Source: an uncultured virus (IMG/VR IMGVR_UViG_3300005253_000126) (taxonomy: Duplodnaviria; Heunggongvirae; Uroviricota; Caudoviricetes). From it: DNA of 64,000 nt. The stretch is from IMG/VR virus record IMGVR_UViG_3300005253_000126; one strand, 5' to 3'. This document shows positions 57,215-64,000 of this stretch, piece by piece (positions within the stretch are counted from its first letter, which is position 1; every line of letters begins with the position of its first letter). Below the pieces are notes generated by a model. That model was not told the DNA's origin and made no database searches. It saw only the letters and a program-made list of their open reading frames with translations. The translations under genes were made by a program, and so were the position numbers.

Positions 57215-57413
57215 CCTTCGTGGCCCTCTGGAATTGTTTCTTATCGGCGTGCATGGCAAGCCTGAAGGCGTTCATATCTTCCACCATCTCCCGCCTGCGT
57301 CTCTTCGATGCAAGCCAGGAGAATATCATCAGCCGCTTCAGTGGCCACCTCATCACGGACTCGCCGTGACCTGAGGCCATTAAGACTTCGGCCGCCTCGA
57401 CGAAGTCTTTTTG
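57207..57413 (-). CDS. -1 frame extension of tail assembly chaperone (gpGT-like)
   Basis: The -1 frame is open from slippery C AAA AAG: KDFVEAAEVLMASGH...ATKDG*, overlapping the TMP start. Confidence 0.65.
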   Translation of the reverse strand, partial: QKDFVEAAEVLMASGHGESVMRWPLKRLMIFSWLASKRRRREMVEDMNAFRLAMHADKKQFQRATKDG

Positions 57414-57817
57414 CCAGTCGGCTTGTTCAATTCTGGTGATGCCTGGACTACCTGTCGGCTTAGGATACTTGTGAGACGGCTGTACGCTTTTCCCAGTATG
57501 TCCTCGTCAATAATCGTAAGGTCCCAGATCTTCATCAGCGCGTCGATCTGTGTCGTGGCATTCAGCTTCTGAGCCTGCTCCCAGGCGTCTGGCTCATCCA
57601 TGGCCAAGGCGATAATCCTGGCTGCGAATACCGGCCACTGGGTAGCGACCTCTTCGATCTTGATCCGCCCCTCAAATAGCTGGCTGACTTCCTTCAGATG
57701 ATCCTTCATCAGTTGACCGATGTCGGTCAACGACAGCCCTCTGACTTCTCCCTTGTCCCCATCCTTGTTGAGGATAACCGTGTCAGTGGCGACCGCCACT
57801 TCACTCAGTATTCCCAT
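57380..57817 (-). CDS. tail assembly chaperone (gpG-like)
   Basis: VRGLSL.DI..L...QIDAL..IW.LT; lies between tail tube and TMP. Confidence 0.85.
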   Translation of the reverse strand: MGILSEVAVATDTVILNKDGDKGEVRGLSLTDIGQLMKDHLKEVSQLFEGRIKIEEVATQWPVFAARIIALAMDEPDAWEQAQKLNATTQIDALMKIWDLTIIDEDILGKAYSRLTSILSRQVVQASPELNKPTGKKTSSRRPKS

Positions 57818-57910
57818 CTCTGCCTCCTCGCTTAGAGTTTGTTCAATGGATTTGTGTTATCTATCAGCAGCTTGCTCTGTACAGGATTCGTGAACAAGCG
57901 GAAAAAGTGT

Positions 57911-57939
57911 ACAAGGAACAGGGGGGCAAGGTGCCCCCC
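57911..57939 (-). terminator. terminator after tail tube gene
   Basis: GGGGGGCA-CCT-TGCCCCCC then TGTTCCTTGT. Confidence 0.65.
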
Positions 57940-57970
57940 ATGCCTTTGACAGCAGCCCCAGCAATGTCCT

Positions 57971-58744
57971 TTATACGACCTTCGTGACCTCGAAGATCTG
58001 CGAACCAGTCGTCGGCTTGAACGGATCGACCAGCGCATCTCCCTCGATGCTCATCTGCGTGATCTCGTCCAGGATCAGAGCAAACTCGGCGAGCGGCGCT
58101 GCCGCGAACCGGAACACGTCGACCAACAGCTCCTTGTTCGGGTCTGCGGCAGTGTTCAACCCCTCGAAGCGCATCGCCCGCTCGGGCGGCGTGCTGGAGG
58201 TGATAGCCTGGACCTCCTCCTGGGAGGCGAAATCATAATCGACCTCAAGAGGTAAATCCTCGGTAATCGCCCCCGTGCTCAGAGGACAGATAGTGCCGAA
58301 CTCCAGATTCACGGTGTAGTCCGTGTCCAGCACGAAGACAGGTGTACCCGCCGCGCCCGTCACGACCACCATACTGACCTTGATATGGGCCAGCGGCACG
58401 AACTTGTCGAGGCGCGCGATGATGTTCTCGGTAACCACCGACGCCCCGGCAATCACTGCCTCGGTGCCGAACAGGGCGAGCGCCAGGTTTTCCTTGTTGA
58501 TCGACTCCATCACCATGGTGACGGTCGCGGAAATTTCCTGGGTGATCGTGAGGTCGATGGCACGGGCCCCTGAGCAGGACTCTTTGTGCTCAAACTCCTC
58601 GCGCTCGATTGCGATGACCAAGGACGACACGTTCCCCACGGGCAGAAAACCCTCGGGGGCTCCTGTACTGGGATCGCGCGTTGCCAGGAGCACTGGGCCC
58701 TGACCACTAAAATACTGCGTTACTACGCAAGTTTGACCTGCCAT
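57971..58744 (-). CDS. major tail (tube) protein
   Basis: YFSGQG.V...GNV..L, ENLALALFG, DY.V...G.I, RFEGLNTA. Confidence 0.9.
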   Translation of the reverse strand: MAGQTCVVTQYFSGQGPVLLATRDPSTGAPEGFLPVGNVSSLVIAIEREEFEHKESCSGARAIDLTITQEISATVTMVMESINKENLALALFGTEAVIAGASVVTENIIARLDKFVPLAHIKVSMVVVTGAAGTPVFVLDTDYTVNLEFGTICPLSTGAITEDLPLEVDYDFASQEEVQAITSSTPPERAMRFEGLNTAADPNKELLVDVFRFAAAPLAEFALILDEITQMSIEGDALVDPFKPTTGSQIFEVTKVV

Positions 58745-58747
58745 GTT

Positions 58748-58960
58748 TTAATCCCCCTCGTGGTCGCGTTGCTGTTTCTTAGGCTTGCCTTTCTTCGATT
58801 TCCGGATTGACGATGGAAGTATTAAACCGCTAACCAGCGGCTCTCCCACGCCCCTCTTCTCCATGCGCTCGGCAATGTAATTCTCTACCTCGATGATCGT
58901 ACCGCGCGGGTGCAATATCCCACTGACCGTGCAGCCCCTGGTGAGCCTTACCTTGATCAT
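58748..58960 (-). CDS. small virion-associated protein
   Basis: MIKVRL...G..IEV...A..M...G; GGAGG RBS. Confidence 0.65.
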   Translation of the reverse strand: MIKVRLTRGCTVSGILHPRGTIIEVENYIAERMEKRGVGEPLVSGLILPSSIRKSKKGKPKKQQRDHEGD

Positions 58961-58981
58961 TTCAGCAATCCTCCAGGGTAG

Positions 58982-59021
58982 AAACTAGAACTAATTAGCC
59001 CGCTTGTCCACACGTGTGGAC
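58982..59021 (-). promoter_or_regulatory. palindromic box (copy 4, exact) overlapping a putative promoter
   Basis: GTCCACACGTGTGGAC at 59006-59021; TGGACA-17 bp-TAGTTT. Confidence 0.75.
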
Positions 59022-59023
59022 GC

Positions 59024-59524
59024 CTAGGTGTTTGCAGTCACAGCCCCGATGCCCACTATCACGCGGGTAGACCAGCGCTGTACATACATTAGAATCTGGG
59101 CCTTTCCTTTGGCCGTGTCCGTGCTCGTCGACCGGGTGATCGTCAAATATGCAGGGACCTCGAATTGAAACCACCATTTATGGCCCCCAGGGGCCGTCTC
59201 ACATTCAGCGATGATCTGGTTACGAATCTTGTCCAGTAACTCTGTGGCCGCGGGCTTCTCGTCAGCGTCACCATACGTGGCCTCGCACAAGTCACCCATG
59301 GTCAACACCACGTCCGCTGAAAGCATCTGAGTCCGCCCCTGCTTCTGCTCACCGACCTTGACCATGCCGCTATAGATCACCCCTACGGCCGGGAATTCTA
59401 CCCCCTCCAAGTCACTCAGGAGCTTCTCCTGGGTGTACACATACAGGGTCTTATCCTGGACCTCGGGCAGGGCATTGATCTTGGTAATCAGATCCTGAAT
59501 CGCATCGTCAACCGGGTTAGCCAT
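59024..59524 (-). CDS. tail terminator (putative)
   Basis: FPAVGVIYSG...LLDKIR..I...YVQRW; position before the tail tube. Confidence 0.7.
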   Translation of the reverse strand: MANPVDDAIQDLITKINALPEVQDKTLYVYTQEKLLSDLEGVEFPAVGVIYSGMVKVGEQKQGRTQMLSADVVLTMGDLCEATYGDADEKPAATELLDKIRNQIIAECETAPGGHKWWFQFEVPAYLTITRSTSTDTAKGKAQILMYVQRWSTRVIVGIGAVTANT

Positions 59525-60010
59525 TTACCTCGTCCTCGCGGCTCTAGCGGCTCGCTTGAATAGTGACAGCATCACGGCCTCCACAGCCGACCCGTCATCT
59601 GCGCCGAACCCCAGGAACTCACGCTTCGGCTGGCCTTCCAGCCCGAGCTGGTGTATCAGAGCGTAATTCTCCACCGGCTCACCGGTCTCCCTGTTTCGGG
59701 TCGACGGGTTCACGCCAATAGACCTGACGTTCGAAGACTTCCTGAACAGGTCAATGCTGTTGAATAGAGACCCGGTGTCAAACAGGGTGCCGGTGTCGCC
59801 CTCTCCCCTACGGAAAAAGCCAGCGATGCTCGGCTCCCAGGGCACCCCATCAGGGTTCACCTCGTCCAGGAACCGCTTCCGATGCCTATCGAGCAACAAG
59901 GCCCCCACCGTATCCAGCACCTGCTCACTGGTGAGCTGGTCCCCCAGCCGCCTGAAGAACACTTCGAGAGCCTTGCCCCCTTTAATCTCGGCACCGATAA
60001 ACTCGCCCAT
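59525..60010 (-). CDS. phage virion morphogenesis/tail completion protein
   Basis: RF..E..PDG.PW...L.DTG.L..SI...YA.IHQ.G...PKREFLG. Confidence 0.9.
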   Translation of the reverse strand: MGEFIGAEIKGGKALEVFFRRLGDQLTSEQVLDTVGALLLDRHRKRFLDEVNPDGVPWEPSIAGFFRRGEGDTGTLFDTGSLFNSIDLFRKSSNVRSIGVNPSTRNRETGEPVENYALIHQLGLEGQPKREFLGFGADDGSAVEAVMLSLFKRAARAARTR

Positions 60011-60028
60011 GCTATCCCCCTGTCTTTA

Positions 60029-60781
60029 TCATGGATAGTTGATCGGCTTCCTGGCGTTCGGCACGAATCGGATATGCTTGTCGAGGAACTGTGGCAGCAT
60101 CAGGGAGAGCGCCAGACACCGGGCCGCATCTTCTTTCGAGCACTTACCGGTCGTCCCGAACAACTTGAGCGCCGTGAGTATCGCGGCCTCCTCAAGCCAG
60201 CCTGGCACACCCTTGAATATCTTGCCAAAGCCATCCGCCTCATTCTTGGTCGTGAAGCCTGACGTGTAACTCACACGCAAGAATTCACGGTCCACGTGGG
60301 GCCCGATAAACAGCTTCGAGATAAGGGTATCGGAGTCGGTGATCGTCAGGATGGCCTTCTCGAAATTGATCGCCACCTGGGGCACCTCGATGGTCTGCAG
60401 CGGCTCGGTCCCCGAGAAGTCCTCGTGGTTCAGCGCCCGCTCGATGAGCACCGGGAAGTTCGTCTGGTCATTGTCCACGAACGCATTGCGCAGGTATAGC
60501 TTGGGAAATCCATGGGCATCAGAGTGATGGTGTGTGGTGTGGTGCTCATGCCCGTGACTGCGCAGACCAGCGCCGCCCCCCGTAACGAACGGCTCCTCAT
60601 TGGAGTCGAGGTAGAATATGTCGGCGTTGTCGTCAGTTCGGTCGAACGTGTCGATGCGCAGGGACTCTGCCAGATGAAAGGTAGCGGCCTCCAGGTAGGA
60701 GGCCAGCGTTTCGAGCAGGTCGTCGAGAGACTTAAACCCACCCCGTCGCCGCAAATCTTCGACACTGGCGAGCTTCGCCAT
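60029..60781 (-). CDS. head-tail adaptor with His-rich insertion
   Basis: LASVEDL N-terminus, VSYTSGF, P.WLEEAA; HGHEHHTTHHHSDAH insert. Confidence 0.75.
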   Translation of the reverse strand: MAKLASVEDLRRRGGFKSLDDLLETLASYLEAATFHLAESLRIDTFDRTDDNADIFYLDSNEEPFVTGGGAGLRSHGHEHHTTHHHSDAHGFPKLYLRNAFVDNDQTNFPVLIERALNHEDFSGTEPLQTIEVPQVAINFEKAILTITDSDTLISKLFIGPHVDREFLRVSYTSGFTTKNEADGFGKIFKGVPGWLEEAAILTALKLFGTTGKCSKEDAARCLALSLMLPQFLDKHIRFVPNARKPINYP

Positions 60782-60799
60782 CTACAGAACCCCCTCAGG

Positions 60800-61243
60800 T
60801 CATACTTCAATCAGTTCAGACGGGAGGTCCCCACCAGCATCTTCAGAGTCACCTCCCTCGGCTGCAGGCTTTTTCTTCTTGCGCTTGCTGGGCTTCGAGG
60901 TGATCTGCATATTCTCAACGTCCAGCGTCTTGCCCTTGCCCTTTTTCCTGGCCTTTGTCTTCCTGGCCTTCGCCTCTTTTCGATGCTTGGCCTCGGCCGT
61001 CTTTTTCTCGACCAGGGATATTACCTCCTCTTCCTCGGCAGGCTCCTCAGGCTCGTCCATCACGATCCTGAATACATCATTGCCCAAGGGGTCGACTTTG
61101 GATAGGAGAACTTCGGCGGTCGCATCGTCGACCATGTATTCCTTACCCTCGTGGAATGACTGGGCAACGCCCTTCCTGTGCCCCGCGGGGATCACCAGCG
61201 TGTAATTCTTGGCGCGTGCCAGCTCCAGTTTCACCATGCCCAT
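60800..61243 (-). CDS. head-associated protein with low-complexity charged tail
   Basis: Follows the capsid genes; Lys/Glu-rich C-terminus. Confidence 0.65.
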   Translation of the reverse strand: MGMVKLELARAKNYTLVIPAGHRKGVAQSFHEGKEYMVDDATAEVLLSKVDPLGNDVFRIVMDEPEEPAEEEEVISLVEKKTAEAKHRKEAKARKTKARKKGKGKTLDVENMQITSKPSKRKKKKPAAEGGDSEDAGGDLPSELIEV

Positions 61244-61278
61244 CGCGTCTCCTCCTCTTTTAGTGGGTTAAACGGACA

Positions 61279-61304
61279 TCAGGCCCGCAATATAGCAGGC
61301 CTGA
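61279..61304 (-). terminator. stem-loop after decoration gene
   Basis: TCAGGCCTGC-TATATT-GCGGGCCTGA; weak U-tract. Confidence 0.5.
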
Positions 61305-61334
61305 CACCCAGACTCCACCCCCCTAGATCGAGCC

Positions 61335-61985
61335 TTATAGAACCGCGTCGAGCGTAACTCGGTCGGTGGCCACCCAGTCGACGGCCCCACCGTTGTCGAG
61401 CGTGACCTCGGTGTCGTTGAAGCCGTCTCCGCCGTCCCAGGCCTTCACAACGCCCGCTGTGGTGCGGACATGGACCTGAACCGCACTGACCTCACGGTCG
61501 AAAAACCACTTCATGCGACCGGCGACTACCTCAAGGGCACTCGGGCTGCGCGTGAGCTTCATAGGCGGGGTGCCCTTCTTGCCGAACTGCATAGCCGTGT
61601 CGATGGCCCCATTGCCGATAGTCTCGGCCAGGGCGACGTTTGCGGACACGTTGTCGTGGGCCTTCTGAGCGATCAGATCCATGTTGACACCGTCAACCGG
61701 GTCCTCTGCACGGACGCCGCTCTTGCCGCTGGCGTTGATGGCCAGTGTGAGCTTGGCCAAAGCGTTCGCTGCAGTCAGGTCACCGGTAACGTCGACCAGG
61801 ATATTGCCCGCGACCACGCTTGCGTCATCATCGAACTCGTAGACTTCAGCTCCCACCGTAACGGTCTCACCGTCCACCACAACACCCGTGATCTGGAGAA
61901 GGGCATTGGCGAACACGCCAAGAGAACCGTCATCCAGGGCGCGGCCCTTGTGAGTATTCCTGTCAAAATGATCTTGATGCGACAT
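61335..61985 (-). CDS. head decoration/structural protein (putative)
   Basis: Directly after the capsid gene; DGETVTVG..YEFD beta module. Confidence 0.7.
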   Translation of the reverse strand: MSHQDHFDRNTHKGRALDDGSLGVFANALLQITGVVVDGETVTVGAEVYEFDDDASVVAGNILVDVTGDLTAANALAKLTLAINASGKSGVRAEDPVDGVNMDLIAQKAHDNVSANVALAETIGNGAIDTAMQFGKKGTPPMKLTRSPSALEVVAGRMKWFFDREVSAVQVHVRTTAGVVKAWDGGDGFNDTEVTLDNGGAVDWVATDRVTLDAVL

Positions 61986-62020
61986 GCTCGCTCCTCCAGC
62001 TTACAAAGTTAGGGCATCAT

Positions 62021-62048
62021 GGCCCGGGGCTTGTATCCACCCCGGGCC
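62021..62048 (-). terminator. stem-loop after major capsid gene
   Basis: 9-bp stem GGCCCGGGG/CCCCGGGCC. Confidence 0.5.
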
Positions 62049-62081
62049 TAATGCTACCAGTCCCACCCCTCAACGGCCTGT

Positions 62082-63053
62082 TTAGCCGATGTTGGTGTAC
62101 TTGACGACGGCCTCGTCCTCCTCGATCTCGACAGCCACCCTGGCCGTGAGAACGATGATGAACTCCCGCGTGCGGATGTCCTTGTCGACCTCCATCGTCA
62201 CCCGACGCTGGATACCCCAGATCAGGTTCAGAGGGTTGGTCAACATGCCGCTCGCGTTCGGGAGCTGCAGTGCCGCGTTGACCGGGACACCGAAGCCGAA
62301 GACCGGACCCGTGCCCTGCAACTGCGCATCGCCCAGAGCCGTCTCGCGAGTCGCGAACGTGTCACGATACTCGATGAGCTGGTCCATGGAGACGTAGTGG
62401 CGGAGAGCCGCCAGATTGCGCAGGTACTGGTCAGGCATGGTCTTGAGACCGGCCTTGAACAGGTCCTTGCTGACCGTCGCGAATCCGTTGTCCACGAAGT
62501 TCACGACACCCGAGAGCTTCAACCACCCGTCCTGGAGAGCCAGGTAGGGGTCGCCGGAGCCGGTATCGCCCAGGAGAGCAAGCTCTTCCAGGTCGATGGC
62601 CGCACGCTCGGCGATCAAGGTCATGATCGTGTCCTTGATGCCATCCCGGCTGATACCGCTGCCAGCCGCTGGGCCAGACGCGATGTTGTCGTCGATGGTG
62701 CCGCGCTCGATGTTGTCCTCGATCACGTCGTAAGGCAGCCGAACCTCAGCGATCACCTCGCTGGTCGTCAGCGTCACCTGCTCGGTCGTGGGACGAGAAC
62801 GCAGACCGGCACCCAGCGCCGTGCCAGACGACGGAGCCGCCGCCATGATACGGGTATTGAAGCCGATCTTGTTGATCTTGCGCACGGGCGCATTCATCCG
62901 GACGACGCGTGCATCCCGCAGAATCGTGGGCTGCACATGAACCAGCTTCCGGATAAACTCATCCGTCTGCTCAGGGTTCAGCAATCCGCCTTCTGAGGTC
63001 AGGTCACCTACCGTCCAGTCCGCCTTCTGGATAAGTTTCTTGTTGTCGGTCAT
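62082..63053 (-). CDS. major capsid protein (HK97 fold, XkdG-like)
   Basis: GGLLNPEQ..FI, IEDNIE, DLEEL...GD, DGWLK, LTNP.NL.WGI.R. Confidence 0.93.
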   Translation of the reverse strand: MTDNKKLIQKADWTVGDLTSEGGLLNPEQTDEFIRKLVHVQPTILRDARVVRMNAPVRKINKIGFNTRIMAAAPSSGTALGAGLRSRPTTEQVTLTTSEVIAEVRLPYDVIEDNIERGTIDDNIASGPAAGSGISRDGIKDTIMTLIAERAAIDLEELALLGDTGSGDPYLALQDGWLKLSGVVNFVDNGFATVSKDLFKAGLKTMPDQYLRNLAALRHYVSMDQLIEYRDTFATRETALGDAQLQGTGPVFGFGVPVNAALQLPNASGMLTNPLNLIWGIQRRVTMEVDKDIRTREFIIVLTARVAVEIEEDEAVVKYTNIG

Positions 63054-63112
63054 CGTAGATCCTCCAGTTCCTAGTGTTATTTTTCAGCGTGGTATTTAGG
63101 CCCTATCGCCGC

Positions 63113-64000
63113 CTATTCCTTCAGGTCAGCGGTGAAGTCAGCGTTGAACATCTTCTCCATCTGGGTGTTTCCCCAGAAGCCTTTCTTCACCTGCGCTTCA
63201 TCCTTGCGCGTCCGGTCGGCACGCATCCCATCCAAGTCTTCCGGCTGGGTAATGGTGCCCACCAGGGCCGTGCCCTCCACAGCTTTAGTCGCTGCTTTCG
63301 CGGCTTCCTCCACGCTGTTCAGGCGGTCCTGAGATTTGCCCGAGTCCGTTTCGAGCTTGTCGACCTTCGTCGTCAGGCCAGTGATTGCGTTCGTAACGGC
63401 CTGCATCGTCTCCGTGACCTTAGTCAGAGCCTTGAGCATCTCGCCCGTCTCGGCCCCTTGCTGCCCGGCACCCGTACCTACGGGCGGAGGCGGCTGGTTC
63501 GTTGCGCCAGTCTCCATCGGGACACAGTTCCCGTCGACCAGATGCTGACCGGCCGGGCAATCAGCCCGAGGACTCAGGTTGGCGTTGTTCTCGTCCGGGT
63601 TGCCAGGGCTCTTCGTCGCGCCGATAGCCGCGCCATCGTCGCCAGTCGTCGCCTCGGCCCCTGCACCGGCCCCAATAATACCGTGGCCCTGTTCCTCGGC
63701 CGCGCTCTCGACGCAGTTGCCCTTGTCGTCGCGCTGCGTGCCAGGCGGGCAGCCTTGGAAGTCCGTGCCCTCACCAGCGGCGCGATCATGACTCGTCTCA
63801 TGCTCGGCCTTGGCTTTGCCACATTCGGTGCAGGCACCCTTGTTCATGATCTCGAAGCCGTCCAGGTCCTCCAGCTTGAAAGCCACCATCGGCAGCTTCT
63901 TAGTCAGACTCATGACGAACGACTTGTGAGCATCCAGCGCGCTCTCGATCAAGCCGCCTGCGTCCTGGCGCTTCTCGGAGTTGCGCATGATCCCGGAGAC
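63113..64000 (-). CDS. scaffold / C-terminus of prohead protease-scaffold (5' truncated)
   Basis: Frame open to the window edge; low-complexity linker plus coiled coil directly upstream of the capsid gene. Confidence 0.7.
   Translation of the reverse strand, partial: VSGIMRNSEKRQDAGGLIESALDAHKSFVMSLTKKLPMVAFKLEDLDGFEIMNKGACTECGKAKAEHETSHDRAAGEGTDFQGCPPGTQRDDKGNCVESAAEEQGHGIIGAGAGAEATTGDDGAAIGATKSPGNPDENNANLSPRADCPAGQHLVDGNCVPMETGATNQPPPPVGTGAGQQGAETGEMLKALTKVTETMQAVTNAITGLTTKVDKLETDSGKSQDRLNSVEEAAKAATKAVEGTALVGTITQPEDLDGMRADRTRKDEAQVKKGFWGNTQMEKMFNADFTADLKE

Noticed and set aside
1..64000. Prophage boundary, integrase or host genes
   Set aside because: No integrase, att-like site or host housekeeping context recognised; recA, clpP and dnaB are embedded in coupled phage operons

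Overview
The window is a 64 kb piece of a tailed dsDNA phage genome (siphovirus-like, roughly 60% GC). The host is probably Gram-negative, judging from the spanin pair and a PagL-like gene. Nearly all genes lie on the minus strand, with a probable switch to plus-strand coding at about 132-171. Reading in the direction of transcription (right to left), the modules are: scaffold/protease C-terminus, HK97-fold major capsid, head completion and neck genes, tail tube, chaperone with a -1 frameshift, tape measure, YuA/GTA-like baseplate and tail tip, and a large LamG-rich fibre cluster. Next comes a split lysis region (holin-like genes, DUF5675, spanins) interrupted by a stand-alone ClpP and an HTH-metallophosphoesterase. 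This is followed by an AAA ATPase, a replication/recombination module (HTH initiator with iteron-like repeats, degenerate DnaC-like protein, DnaB, primase, SSB, SF2 helicase, RecA, Cas4-like nuclease, RuvC-like protein), many small accessory genes, and the terminase genes. No portal, DNA polymerase, integrase, tRNA or CRISPR array was recognised in the window. The most striking unexplained signal is a 16-bp perfect palindrome, GTCCACACGTGTGGAC. It recurs at gene junctions across 50 kb and overlaps or abuts -35 boxes, suggesting an operator/stoperator or parS-like system. Other notable items are a PagL-like lipid A deacylase, an RNA polymerase alpha-CTD fusion protein, a saccharopine-dehydrogenase-family enzyme, a near-consensus parS site and a structured intergenic RNA candidate. 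All product calls come from motif recognition by eye, not from database searches.
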